Below are positions 14,677-27,994 of a stretch of 64,000 nucleotides of DNA, one piece after another. Source of the DNA: Eledone cirrhosa. Its lineage: Eukaryota. The notes under the pieces were generated by a model. That model searched no databases and was not told where the DNA came from. It worked only from the letters and a program-made list of their open reading frames with translations. The translations under genes and the position numbers were made by a program. Location: the NCBI GenBank assembly GCA_964016885.1, contig OZ024742.1, forward strand, positions 280,674,001 through 280,738,000, read 5' to 3'. Positions within the stretch are counted from its first letter, which is position 1. Each line of letters starts with the position of its first letter.

Positions 14677-14820
14677 ATGCTTGGCTTAGTAGTTAGAGCG
14701 TTGGGCTTTGAAACTAAGAGATTATTAGGTCAATTATTGGAACCTGTGAAGCGTTGTGTCCTTGAGCAAGAGACTTTATTTCACGTTACTCCAGTTTACT
14801 CAACTGTAAAAATGAGTTCC
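14677..14820 (+). mobile_element. tRNA-head SINE fragment (CORE/Meta-like)
   Basis: tggcttagtagttagagcg head followed by tgtgtccttgagcaagagacttta. Confidence 0.6.
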
Positions 14821-15183
14821 ATATATCTTCATATATATATCTATATTTATATATATATATAAAGAGGGGTGTGTGTGTGTGTGTGTTTATATGACGGCTT
14901 GAATAGATCCGTTTCTTCTCATTTTGTCAGTGTTGAACAAACGAGCAATGACGGTTGCTAGACACTACGGTTTAATACAAACACACCGAGCATTATAATA
15001 AATGTTCGGTGAATTCATACGTACATATATATATATATTAGTATGTATGTATATATATATACATACTACTGTACATCTGTATACATATATGTATGTACGT
15101 CTACATACATATATTTAAGTATCAGCCGTACTAAGAGTGGGAAATAAATTTCGTTTTTTTTTCCGTTTATATATATATATATA

Positions 15184-15364
15184 TATTAGAAAGTGAACAA
15201 CACAATATAACTACTCCATTACCAAAGGTTTTGGGATCACAGACGATAATAATATATACGTCTGGATCGTTCGTCAGACAGAGATGTTATATAACATTAT
15301 CGTCTGTGATCCAGGAACCTTCAGTAATGGAGTAGTTATATTTTGTGTTGTTCACTTTCTAATA
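15184..15364. mobile_element. Foldback element with a truncated hammerhead core in its loop
   Basis: ~65 bp inverted arms (tattagaaagtgaacaacacaa...gacgataat). The loop on the minus strand reads ctgt CTGACGA acgatccagacgt and stops before GAAA. Confidence 0.7.
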
Positions 15365-15480
15365 AATAACACTCTTCTATACATAGAGCACTTTTTTCCT
15401 TTGCTTTTCCTTTTGAATTTCGTAACACACACATACACACACACGAACATATATACATAAAGAAATAGAGAGAGAAAGAG

Positions 15481-15535
<55 letters not shown>

Positions 15536-15538
15536 AGA

Positions 15539-15591
<53 letters not shown>

Positions 15592-15959
15592 AAAGAAGGG
15601 AGGGAGGAATAGAAAGAAAGTTCTGAACGAGAAGGAATGAAAGGAAATATTTAAACTCTTAAGTAATTTTAATTTTAGCCGGCAATAATGTGGAAATTTG
15701 TCTGGGTAGGAAATACGATATATCGGTTATCCCCCCCCCCTCACACACGCGCATTATAAATCCTTGGCTTCTTTCCATTTAGCAAATGTTCGTTAATCCT
15801 CCCAACATAATTTGCTATTTGATGAATGCATGGGAAAAACTGAACGAAAGTTAAAATTCTTTAGGACAACAATCCCAACCTTCATCTACGACAAACCGCT
15901 ACCACCACCGTAGTGATTTTAATCGCCAACTTTCACACCAGCACAGAGTTCTCAGTTTT

Positions 15960-18065
15960 CTGAAATGAAGGCGCTGACGCTGCTAAGATAGGACCCGACA
16001 GAGGAGATTTACGTTTTAGGCCCATTATTGCTAAGAGTTAAACATGTTGTTGAATATATTTGCAAAGATGCTGGCGCTTGTCAAGCGTCTGGTGCAGAGA
16101 CGTGGACATGCGCCATCACAAAGATCTTTCCACGGCAACCTCTATATCATGTGATAAAACATAGAAGGTAAGTAAAAGCCTGTCGAGGGTGAGACCCTGA
16201 TCAACTGACATAAATTGAGAGCTTTAGATAGGGTCGACCATATATACTCACTGGCTGTCCACAAAGCGGTTAGTTCGGTCCTGATTTCAATTCATGGATC
16301 GCTGCCATGTACAGTGAAATCTGCTCGATTTTCAGAGTGTGTCGACCTAGATAGAAGATGTTGGTTAGGAACTCGTTATTGGAAGCTAAAGACGTCATTC
16401 CTGGTACGTAAAGCCTACAGGGACCGGGTTACAACCTTAGTTATGTGTAAGTTGACAGATGATGTTGTCTACAATAGGTGGTGGGGTGTTTTCAACAGAA
16501 GATTAGCGTAGTTTCAATAGGTCTTAATAAAAAAAGTAGCGATAGAAAAAAATAAAAGAAAGTTTGTTGGGGTGAGATTGGTAGCTAAATTAGACGAGGC
16601 AATTAGAAATGGCATTTCAACTGACGTTCCAGCAGCAAGGATGGCTTCAGACCATTTCTTCAATGCGAAACACGAAGGGTGCATTGTGTGATTTAAGGCT
16701 CGTCTCTGAGAAACGAGGAAACAAAAGCTTTCAATGGGCACGGGAGATGGAAGCGAAGCGTTGTAACAAAAGAAGGATTCGGTCCTTGACGTACCGAGTC
16801 GGTCGCGTGCTGAACGATTGCAGGCGGATGTATGCAGCAGTTTGCTTGACTCTTCGAGGGGAGCGGTGCGTCGGAGACGGTGGCAGACTACAATTCCTAA
16901 CTCGATGACCTTATCAATTGTTCTTCGATCTTCTCGCAGCGAGCTACTGCAACTGGCATCAGACCGGCAGTAATACTAGTTTTGTGAGTCCGGTCGTAGC
17001 AACGTAGATGAGGAAAGACGAGCAGAGGTGGGTTACCTAACTTCATTCCCATAATCTGCTAAAGACAAAGTTTAAGATAATTTCCAAGGTGTTAGCGAAG
17101 AGGCTTGTCGTCAAGGATTTGGTAGGGGAGGCGCAAAATTGTGCAATCCCGATTAGGTTCATGCACAACAATCTACACCTCATGAGGTACATCATAGAAT
17201 GGATGGAGTTAATCTGGGTACGGGGGATAGGGCTCTCATCAATGTCGATCAATCGAAAGCCTTTGATAGGATGGACCATTGATACTTGGAGGATGTCCTC
17301 AAATAATCTAGCATTGGTCTTGCCTTCAAAGATGGGATCACTGCGGCGTCGACCAAATCGAACCTATGAGTCTATTCCGTACGACCTTCGAACCGGGGAC
17401 TATGGATAACTTCCAGAGATCCCTCGATTAGCGTCTGTTCAAAATGCAGTTGTCCAGTGTATGTACATTACTGCTTGGTGGAGTTATACCGAACAGCTGT
17501 TATCGCGTGTAGGACTGATTCAGCTATCGATCGAGTCCGTAGTGAAATCGCCATGCCGCCTTCTTTTCGCCGGAAAGGGCAGGCAGTTTTCCTCTGTATG
17601 CTGTCCGTCGGGAAAAAGATTGTGTAGTCGAACATGTTGAATGGACCGACGAGTGGCACTTTATCATCGATCAATCCCTCATCAACTTCTTTAAGTTTCA
17701 ATTTGAAAGAAAGGTGAGGGTGGATAGGGGTGTGCTGACGCTAGCCAATACATTTGTTAAAAGGTGAGTGAAATTTGCAAGAATGGATCGTGAGAATGGG
17801 CCTAATCTAAGCATGCACCTTAAGTGTGGTGGATTCGAGGAAGAGAAGGGTGCCCTTTCTAGGTGCTCACGTAGCGTCAGGTGTCTCAAAATTGGTGGGT
17901 ATCTGACACATCCAATGTTGGTTATCGCCCCTATTGGGCAATTCTTTTGTTTATATTTTTGCGAATTGTTTTGTTTTATCTAAACTTTTTACTCGATTTT
18001 ATTGTAAACGCCCACTATCCCTGTCATTTTGGTACTATCTCCTATATATAGGCATGTGTATCCAA
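15960..18065 (+). mobile_element. Highly degenerate, rearranged L1/Tx1 ORF2 fragments
   Basis: YWKLKTSFL, ISKVLAKRL...AQNCAIP...HNNLHLMRYII, IDQSKAFDR. The C-terminus ...ENGPNLSMHL* matches the 8101 element end. Confidence 0.75.
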
Positions 18066-18442
18066 TAGAGAAATCATTATTGATATCTATATATCTAAAA
18101 CAGAGAATGTATGTCTGTCTGTCTGACAGACTCCCAAAAACTCGAGAACCATTCAACCGATTCTTTTCAAACTTTACACATGTAATACTTATGGTCCTGT
18201 GAGTGTTTTGGGCAAAACTTATTTCAAATTGTCCATGCCCTACGGAATTATCTTTAGATAGATACATAGATATAACGTTACGGCCTTATAATATCTGTCT
18301 GCATTATGACATTATGACTTCTCTATATGCGTGTGTGTATATATGTATATATATAGTGTGTTTATATGTATAGTGTGTGTATATATATAGTGTGTAACGT
18401 TTTTCGAAATAATTTACTTCTGCGTTCACAGATTTATTTTTT

Positions 18443-18493
18443 ATTTTCAGAAGATCCCGTTAAGAGTGAAAGCAGCCATTCTTTGCTTAAACT
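18443..18493 (+). ncRNA. Hammerhead-like motif, CAGAAGA-core family
   Basis: atttt CAGAAGA tcccgttaagagt GAAA gca gccattctt tgc TT aaact. Confidence 0.5.
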
Positions 18494-18504
18494 TTAATCT
18501 GTTA

Positions 18505-18551
<47 letters not shown>

Positions 18552-18619
18552 GTAGTCGAACAAGTTTAATGGACTGACGAGTGGCACTTTATCATCGATC
18601 AATCGATCATCAACTTCTT

Positions 18620-19341
18620 TAATTATGCTAATTAGAAGAAGAAATAGTGTATATTTTATCTGATAATTCTAAAGACATGATTTATGAGATATTGCTCTGA
18701 TTTTTTATTTTATTAATTCTTCATAGAGCTTAAAAGTGACCAGTTGCAACATGTATATATCTATAACTTTATGTATATGTTAACCTTTATATTTAATAAT
18801 CTCCCGATAGGTTGAGATTAAATTTGGCAATATTTGCCTGCGCTTTCTAGCAGCAAGCCTACCCGCCGTAAGCAACCAATCACATTCTTTCTGGCTTGAC
18901 CACAGCCACATAGCGATTCTTAGACATTTTTTAATCTATTTTTGGCGGGATCGGATTGAAAAACTAGATGTCTGATTTTGAGTGTCTCCTGATGAATCGT
19001 AACTCAGGACATTCCAATTATTTGGATGTCGAAAAATAAGGAAGAAACCATGGTATAGATATAATTACGGTATGTACGCATTTCTTCTAAGTTTAATTTT
19101 ACACCTAATTGTGTATGGTTGATGATATATTTAGTCAGTTTCTACATGCTGTCGTAATGTTGGATAAATACCCGATCGGGGCCACCGCGAAGAGGCTACG
19201 TTCGGTTATTTGTCGGAGATTTCTCCATAAGAGCCTTTCTTTTTATAGCTTGTTTCTAATTGATTTTTTATATGGTTAATTATGCTAATTAGAAGAAGAA
19301 ATAGTATATATTTTATCTGATGATTCTAAAGACATGATTTA

Positions 19342-19345
<4 letters not shown>
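18620..19345 (+). mobile_element. Non-coding ~658 bp unit with terminal direct repeat and internal HHR (pLTR/retrozyme-like)
   Basis: aattatgctaattagaagaagaaatag...gacatgatttatga occurs at ~18621 and ~19278. Homologs at 20540-21140 (-) and 45795-46790 (+). Confidence 0.7.
18982..19062 (+). ncRNA. Type I hammerhead ribozyme with extended loop II
   Basis: gtgtctc CTGATGA atcgt...gacattccaa tta tttggatgtc...aggaa GAAAC catg GTA tagatat; palindrome accatggt. Confidence 0.7.
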
Positions 19346-19384
<39 letters not shown>

Positions 19385-19594
19385 CATATATTCGTGTACA
19401 GATATTTTTGCATACACAATAACAAAATAGAAACAAACGTATTTATTTTACGAAGCTCGATAAGGATAATATATTAATATATATCAAATATATAAGAACC
19501 CTAGAGCAAATCCCGAGCAACGCCGGGCCATTCTGCTAGTTATTACTATAAGTTACTTAATATTCTGTAATAAATTCTGTTTTGAATTAATAAT

Positions 19595-19778
19595 TGTTTC
19601 TACTTTTGGCACAAGTCCAGCAATTATCCATTGCATTACTGTTACTTTATTTCATCGACCCATAAGGATGAAAGGCAAAGTTAACCTCGGCTTATTTGAA
19701 CTCAGAATGGCAAGAGCCGTAACTCTATGCATCAAAGTATGGCGTCCGACCCACTACCGATACTGCCAATCCACCACC
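19595..19778 (-). mobile_element. tRNA-derived SINE, same family as 11677
   Basis: Same core; 19 bp TSD tctgttttgaattWataat at 19576-19594 and 19779-19797. Confidence 0.9.
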
Positions 19779-20352
19779 TCTGTTTTGAATTTATAATGTG
19801 TGGAAATTTGACTCTGTATCTGCGCATATTTTACATTAGATGTGTTTTATGTATAACATTTTCTGTTACCAAGCTAATTTAGTGCAATTATACTCATGGC
19901 AAACTATCTCCTGATATTTGTTCTGGCTCTATACTTTCCGAGTTCAGATAGCTTCGATGGCATTTTTGCATTTCCCTTCCCAGCTCGATAAAATAGAGCC
20001 CACATACTTATCTAGCAATCGATAATACAAGGTATTTCAAGAATAACCGTCGCATCTTTGTATATCTAGAACAAAATTATATATTATGTAAGTTCTCGAT
20101 ACTGTGGAATATTTCGCTGCTCCTATTTCCGTATTTGTAATAAATATCACGTTTATTTCAAGTGGCATAAAAAAAAGAGGTGATTGTTAGATCGGGCCAA
20201 GGAAACTACATATTGATTGGGCTTTCCATTACTGATTCTAGTGGGCGCAACAGCTTGCGGAAGCATCACTACTTTTTCGGTAAGAGAGGATGCGGTTTGA
20301 ACTCAGTATACACTGGACCGAGATAGAAATACTAAACGATTATGTATGCAAT

Positions 20353-20385
<33 letters not shown>

Positions 20386-20471
20386 CAGATAGAGAGAGAG
20401 AGAGAGATATGTATATATATATATTTGGTATATATATTTATATATATATATTTGGTATATATATTTATATA

Positions 20472-20535
<64 letters not shown>

Positions 20536-20828
20536 AAAGCATGTCGATAGAATCACTTGATAAAATATATACAACATTTCCTCTCCCAATAAGCATAATC
20601 AACCACACAAAAAAAAAACAATTAAACAAGGCTATATGATTAAAAGGCACCTATGAAGAAATATTAGATAAATAAACGACAGCTATCTATCCGCGATCAA
20701 CAGCCATAGAATATTTACCGACCATTTATAATAGTACGTGGAAATCGATTAGATATATCGTCAACCATACACAATTAGGTACATATTCAAAGTTAGAAGA
20801 AAAAATGTATATAAGAATAGCAAAATCA

Positions 20829-20913
20829 TGCTCCTACCCCATGAGGTTCCATTCGCTTTTTGGAAATATCCGATCAAGGATAAATTCACGAGTTTCGAAA
20901 TCATCAGGAAACA
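20829..20913 (-). ncRNA. Type I hammerhead ribozyme (GAAA mutated to GGAA)
   Basis: Minus strand: tgtttc CTGATGA t ttcg...cgaa t GGAAC ctcatggg GTA ggagca, within a homolog of the 18620 unit (20540-21140). Confidence 0.65.
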
Positions 20914-22182
20914 AACTCAAATGGACGAAGATTTTTCTTAAATGATCCCCGCCAGAAACAAATTCAAAATGGCTAAGAACTGTGACGTGGCTAGTGGTCA
21001 AATCAGAAAGAATGTGATTGGTGCCTTACGGCGAGTAGCTGGTTGCTAGAAAGTGCAGCCTAATACTGCCTAAATTACATCTCAACCATATGGGAGATTA
21101 TCAAATATAAAGATTTACATATACATAAACTAGACAAAGTCATATACATATATATATATATATCTCTCTCTATATATATATATATAGAGAGAGAGATAGA
21201 GAGAGATTGATAGATATATATGTATATATACAATACATATATACAGCTTATAAATTCAACATTAAATATTGACGATTCATACTGGTAGATAATTGCAGGT
21301 AGGTTCAAATTCCACTATCGAATTACGACTGGGTCAGCTAGTTTTATTCACACCATTAATACCCGTTATACATATATAAGTAGAACATTTACATATATTT
21401 CCCTCTAAATTTCTTCTCCTCGTTAGATTTTAATTGTGTTCAAACGTGATATTTGAAAGCACTTATATTCGCCAGCTTTCGATATATCATTTAGTGCCAT
21501 TTACACAGGGTTCGGTTGCTGCACACTGGCACAAACAATGGATTTGACCAATCTAATATTATACTGGAGTCAATTCAATTGACCTAGGCAACCAACCATC
21601 AATAGACACCAACTCACTAAACCACCCAAATGTACAACACCAAGAAGAACAAGAACAACAAGCTCCACCATCATCACCATCACCTCAAACACCACAATCA
21701 ACAAAATCAACAACACAGCATAATTCCAGCCCCAACTGAAGGCATCACAACCACCAGTCTCTCCAATACCAGTAGCACCACCGCCAGTGCAACCAGCGCT
21801 GCCACCAGTTCCAGAACAACACAAATAAAACTCTGTCCAGCACCAACAGCCACCATAACCTGTATACAGAAAAACGTGTAGCTTTGTCCCTAAGTTAGAA
21901 ATCAATATATAGTAAGCTAGCTTTTGAGCATCGCTATGTTTTAAGGCCGGCTTATTATTATATTGTGACATATATTGGTTATGCTGGCGTAAGCATCATA
22001 TGTTACACTTCATGAGAGAATGCATTGCTGTTCTCCTTAAAACCACAGCTATTACATTCTAGTCAATTACTGAAAGAAGGATATGCATATTCTCCCTCTC
22101 TCGCTCTCTCACAATCTCTCTCTGTCTCTCTATATATATATATTTATATATCGATGCATGTGTGCGTGTCTCTGTGTGTGTG

Positions 22183-22255
<73 letters not shown>

Positions 22256-22257
22256 AT

Positions 22258-22468
22258 GGTTTCTGGTTTATGCAAAAGGCCAGCAATTTGGGGGAGGGGA
22301 AAGTCGATTAAATCGACCCCAGTGCGTGACTGGTACTTTATTTCATCGACCAAGTAAGGATGAAAGGCAAAGCTAACCTCGGCGGCATTTGAACTGAGAC
22401 TGTAAAGGGACGTAACTCTATGCTGGAAGCCATGCTCCCTGACCCTCTACCGATACTGCCTATCCACC
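22258..22468 (-). mobile_element. tRNA-derived SINE, same family as 11677
   Basis: gattaaatcgaccccagtgcgtgactggtactttatttcatcgac...gaaaggcaaagctaacctcggcggcatttgaact. Confidence 0.9.
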
Positions 22469-22749
22469 GAGTAATAATAATAAGCAGGAACGAAGTGTTA
22501 GGATATCATCATTACGTTTACTGACAATTAGCCACTACAACAAAGGCTATATGTGTCAGCAGAGATTAAAATTCTTGAGTTAAAATTAGTGTTGGACCTG
22601 GGAATTGACGTGCGTCACGACGCGTAGTGTCAGGCGCCTATTGTCATGATAGGCAGATGTACAAACGACTGGTGGGATGGAATTTGATGTCTATCAGGAC
22701 AAGATACGAGGAATGCACGTTGGTCATCTGGAAGATATGTTTCCACAGC

Positions 22750-23090
22750 CGAATGGACTATTTCTCCCAACTGTGATCTCATGACAGTATGAAATTAATT
22801 GCATAACTTGAAGCAATCCAGCGAACCTACAACAAGAGGATTAGCTCAGTGAAAGAGATGAGCTACTGAGAGAGGCTGAATAAACTAAATGTTTGCTTAC
22901 TGGGGCGAAGACAGGAGAGATACACGTAATTATATACATATGGCAGATCCTGGAATAGCTAGCAACAAATGTTGGCATTCAGTGTTGGATCAACCCATCA
23001 ATAGGATTTTAGTATTTAGTGCTAAATTTTACATCCTTCATCTCCAGAATAAAGGTCATCTACTGCAATAGCTTAAGGCTCAAGTGACCC
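22750..23090 (+). mobile_element. CR1/L2-type LINE 3' fragment
   Basis: Translates DYFSQL*...LEAIQRTYNKRISSVKEMSY*ERLNKLN...RRQERY, a typical CR1/L2 ORF2 tail. Confidence 0.65.
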
Positions 23091-23502
23091 AATTCTTAAT
23101 AAATTACTAGCAACAATTCCTTTCTCAATTACATTTCACTATAGATTTGCTTTTCAACCCAGATACATCTATTCAATTAACTTCGGCCTCCCTGACTTTC
23201 GCACTACTAGATTATACCCACCTCGGAAACTACGCACATTCAAACACGCACACACCTTTACATGCAACCACACAATACACACCAACAATCATATATCTCG
23301 GCCAAAAGACAAAAACCAGCAGACACACGGTCACACATATGTACGAACACACACCAGCAGCAACAAAACATGTAACGCTCACACACTCTCACGCACACCA
23401 TAATGTGCACCCCAGCTACGCACAAACACCCACTGCCCGTCGTTCTAGACCATCGCGCCACCCAGCAGGACGCAGAACCCTTCCCCTCTGTCCTCAATAA
23501 TT

Positions 23503-24744
23503 TCAGCTTATATCTGGAGTCTAAAACACAACCACACCCAATATAAGTTACACTGGGAGATCCTAGATAGGGCTAGATCGTATAACGGAAATAAAAGACC
23601 ATGTGACCTCTGCGCCGCTGAGGCCCTGGAAATACTAAACGCCACAGACCACATCTTAAACAAAAACTCTGAGGCAATTTCGGCTTGTAAACATAAATTG
23701 CACAAAACTTTCCTGTATTACAGCCCCACGTTATACCCTAACGGATAGGACGATCTATACGTGGATATTTTACGTCTTGATGTGGGAGTTAAGTATATGT
23801 TTTGTTTATACCTTTACTTATTTGCATAGGTAAGTATATTTTACCCGTATGTTTTGTGAAGGTATGTATACCTTCTCGTACGTATATTTGATTGTTATGG
23901 CGTATAATTTTATATATTCTGGTACATATGATTTGGCTAAGTGTATACGGGAGCTTTGCGTCTGTGTGAGTATGCAGGTTCGTACGTTTGGTGGGTGTGT
24001 GTATATGTGTACTTCATGTTTTGGTTGACTTACGTCTCCGAACATTCGTGTATTTATATGTAGGTATGTGTGTGCGCTTGTTATATACGTATTTATTTAT
24101 TTATATACATTTATATAATTATTTATTTATTTGTATACACGCATACACACACACACATATTTATATGTGCGGGGTTTTGTATACCTATGGTAAATTTTTG
24201 CGTATGCTTGTGTATGTACGTATTAGTTTGCGTGTATGTATTTACTTATTTCTATTACTTCTGTATTGAATTTAATTCCTTTGTTCTTAACTCTGTAGCG
24301 GAGATTCATTTGGTCTCCTAGTTAGAATTTTAGTCTACGACTTCTGCTATACTATTTACGTGGTTTTGTCTTTGCGTGCTATTGTTCTCCACGCTCCACA
24401 TATGACGTATTATCTTTGTTTTTTCGTTCATTGCCAGAGAACGTCTCTATGCACCACCTAAGGGAACATTAGTCTACGACCTCTTTTATACCATAAATGT
24501 GGTTCTGTCTTTGCGCGTAATTGTTTTTCACCGCTCCTATTAATGACGTATTATATTCGTTTTTTCAAGTTCTTTGCCAGCGAACGTTTCCACGAACCAA
24601 AGTATCGTCTACCTGTCTTCCTCCGGTTGCAACGTGTTTTGATATATCCTGTTCTGCGTTTACAGATTGACTTTGTTAGTTTCAGAAGATCCCGTTAAGT
24701 GTGAAAGCAGCGATTCTTTGCTTAAACTTTAATCTGTTATTTTA

Positions 24745-24746
<2 letters not shown>
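23503..24746 (+). mobile_element. 5'-truncated Penelope-like element: GIY-YIG C-terminus plus 3' pLTR with HHR
   Basis: 23503-23748 translates SAYIWSLKHNHTQYKLHWEILDRARSYNGNKRPCDLCAAEALEIL...LNKNSEAISACKHK, homologous to the C-terminus of the 31440 ORF. Ends with the HHR, then (TA)n. Confidence 0.8.
24678..24728 (+). ncRNA. Hammerhead-like motif, CAGAAGA-core family, at a PLE 3' end
   Basis: agttt CAGAAGA tcccgttaagtgt GAAA gca gcgattctt tgc TT aaact. Confidence 0.55.
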
Positions 24747-24792
<46 letters not shown>

Positions 24793-24887
24793 TTCGTTTT
24801 TGAATCGGATATTTTTAATGAATTGAAGTTAATTTACATTGGCAGCATGACACTCCAAAAGTATACAATATATATATATATATATAT

Positions 24888-25113
24888 ATTAGAAAGTGAG
24901 GGTTTTTTTACAAAATGAAAAATAACCGAGGTGTCCTACACGAGTGAAAGTATAAAGAAAAAGAGATGAAATCGAAAATGCAACTGGAGTCTTATTTTTT
25001 TTTAAAATATATATACTTATTTGGTTCCTTTACCGGTTTCGCAGTTCTTCTGCTTTTCAAAAGGTGAGTTAAGACTCCAGTTGCATTTTCGATTTCATCT
25101 CTTTTTCTTTATA
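24888..25113. mobile_element. Foldback element with HHR in its loop
   Basis: 44 bp perfect inverted arms at 24951-24994 and 25070-25113; a relative lacking the HHR lies at 62328-62487. Confidence 0.75.
25027..25064 (-). ncRNA. Minimal hammerhead with U3:A8 core variant
   Basis: Minus strand: cctt TTGAAAA gcag aagaa ctgc GAAAC cg GTA aagg. Confidence 0.75.
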
Positions 25114-25242
25114 TATATATATATATGCTCTCTATTTTACTCTTTTAATCTCGAACAGGTAATAGTAAAAGAGAGAGCATATATGAATAAATAAATAAGC
25201 GATTACACAGAGAAACACGCAAACACACACACACACACACAC

Positions 25243-25329
<87 letters not shown>

Positions 25330-25331
25330 TG

Positions 25332-25396
<65 letters not shown>

Positions 25397-25699
25397 CCGT
25401 ATGCATAAAACTAAGAAAGGACAGTCAGAGAATGAGAGACAGACGAGAAAGAGAGAAATAAAGATTAATATAACACGTGAGCTAGCGAGATGGAAACGAT
25501 GGAGAGGTGGACAATAATATATTAACAGAGAAGAATCGTTTCAGTTACTATTAGCTGAAACAAGACGGGTTAAAAACATTTACAATACATGCTGCCAAGC
25601 TAAAGAAATCATCAAATATCCACTGTTGCATATTATAAGAACTTAGGTGAACCTCAACCTCAATATCATACGCATTATACAAATATATATGTATGTACT

Positions 25700-25766
<67 letters not shown>

Positions 25767-25771
25767 GTATA

Positions 25772-25843
<72 letters not shown>

Positions 25844-25844
25844 C

Positions 25845-25972
<128 letters not shown>

Positions 25973-26038
25973 TTATATACAACTACATACATATTTATTT
26001 ATATATACGCATTATATAAATATATATGTATGTAGTTG

Positions 26039-26215
<177 letters not shown>

Positions 26216-26256
26216 ATACTTTGGGAGGGTCATGTTGCCAACACGATTCAGAAACG

Positions 26257-26293
<37 letters not shown>

Positions 26294-26328
26294 TAATATA
26301 AGATCAAAAGATTGTTAAAGGAGTTCCA

Positions 26329-26401
26329 TGTATTTTATTATGCGTATTTCAAAAACAAACATCATCTTGCGATAATATTTGTGTTTTCATCAGATAAAAC
26401 A
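26329..26401 (-). ncRNA. Type I hammerhead ribozyme (antisense arm copy)
   Basis: Minus strand: tgttttat CTGATGA aaacacaaatattatc gcaa gatgatgtttgttttt GAAAT acgc ATA ataaaataca. Confidence 0.75.
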
Positions 26402-26498
26402 GGAGAACATGATATGAAGGCTAAAAAACACTTGTGGATAGTGCAGTTTTAAACTGCACTATCCACAAGTGTTTTTTAGCCTTCATATCATGTTCTCC

Positions 26499-26571
26499 TG
26501 TTTTATCTGATGAAAACACAAATATTATTGCAAGATGATGTTTGTTTTTGAAATGCGCATAATAAAATACA
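26499..26571 (+). ncRNA. Type I hammerhead ribozyme, long stem II with GCAA loop
   Basis: tgttttat CTGATGA aaacacaaatattatt gcaa gatgatgtttgttttt GAAAT gcgc ATA ataaaataca. Confidence 0.8.
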
Positions 26572-26990
26572 TGGAACTCCTTTAACCATCTTTTGATCTT
26601 ATATTAAGTATACTCCAGTCCTACAAACTGTAGAGTGCTTCTTATCCGATATCTGCATTGCTTTATTGTACTACAATAAAACTCACCTCCTACATATATA
26701 TATATGTATATAGATATATTTTTTTATAAAAGGAAAACATGAAACGAAATTTCATTTCCCATTCTTAGTACTGCTGTTACTTAAATATAAGTATTATACG
26801 TACATACATACATGTATAGAGACGTACAGTAGTATGTATATATATATACATACATGCACACATATATATATGTACGTATGGATTCACCGAATATTTATTA
26901 TAACGCTCGGTGTGTTTGTAAACAAACATCCCGTATTAAGCCGTAGAGTCTAGCAACCATCGTTGCTCGTTTGTTCAACACTGACAAAGG

Positions 26991-27035
26991 TACGCTGTCC
27001 TAGTTTCAAGCTTATTAGCTATTGTCAGCAACGTA
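26991..27035 (-). ncRNA. Degenerate hammerhead, homolog of 29855
   Basis: Minus strand: tacgttg CTGACAA t agct aata agct t GAAAC ta GGA cagcgta; G8 and U16 are mutated. Confidence 0.55.
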
Positions 27036-27274
27036 TACCCTCCTGCCAGATGATTGCACGTCTGAAAGTATATACTTTCCTTATGCATATTAACGGCTGA
27101 GCAGCCTAATTTGCATATCGAGTGTGTTAATCAGCCGGGTGCACCGAAAACATATATATATATGTGTGTGTGTATACATATATACACACATATATAAATG
27201 TATATGTATATAATTTATATATGTGTGTATATATGTATATGTATATGTGTATTTATATATGTATCTATATATAA

Positions 27275-27327
<53 letters not shown>

Positions 27328-27552
27328 TATATATATTTTTATATATATATATATGAGTGTGTGTGTGTGTGTCTGTGTATGTATGTGTATGTACTTATAA
27401 TATATACAGTGATGATAGAATGCGTGTACAAAGTCGATGTTACACAACTTTCAAGTGGCATAAATGAATATAATATTGGTCATAAATTTGATTTGAGAGC
27501 ATTCTTAACACTACTAATCCTTTTTAGAATATATTTATAAATAAATATATAT

Positions 27553-27643
<91 letters not shown>

Positions 27644-27687
27644 TGTCTGTCTGTCTGTGTATTTATATTTATATATATATATGTATA

Positions 27688-27741
<54 letters not shown>

Positions 27742-27788
27742 TGTATGCACATATATATGTATATATGTATATATATATATATGTGCAT

Positions 27789-27845
<57 letters not shown>

Positions 27846-27940
27846 TATATGTACATATACATACACACACACACACACGTATATAAATATATATATATAT
27901 ATGCATATATACAGATGCACATATACATTTACATATATGC

Positions 27941-27994
<54 letters not shown>

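Larger units (their letters stand above)
18086..19539 (+). mobile_element. Composite non-autonomous Helitron
   Basis: 5' a|TCtatatatctaaaac...(gtct)n; 3' cccgagcaacgccggg hairpin followed by CTAG|t. The 5' part resembles the 45895-46554 element. Confidence 0.6.
26295..26692. mobile_element. ~155 bp-arm perfect-centre foldback carrying two opposed HHRs
   Basis: Arms 26295-26448 and 26452-26606 around gtgcagttttaaactgcac; flanked by (TA)n. Confidence 0.85.

Noticed and set aside
21400-21500. Short diverged repeat also at ~28055-28112
   Set aside because: About 60 bp with no structure or termini; insufficient to classify.
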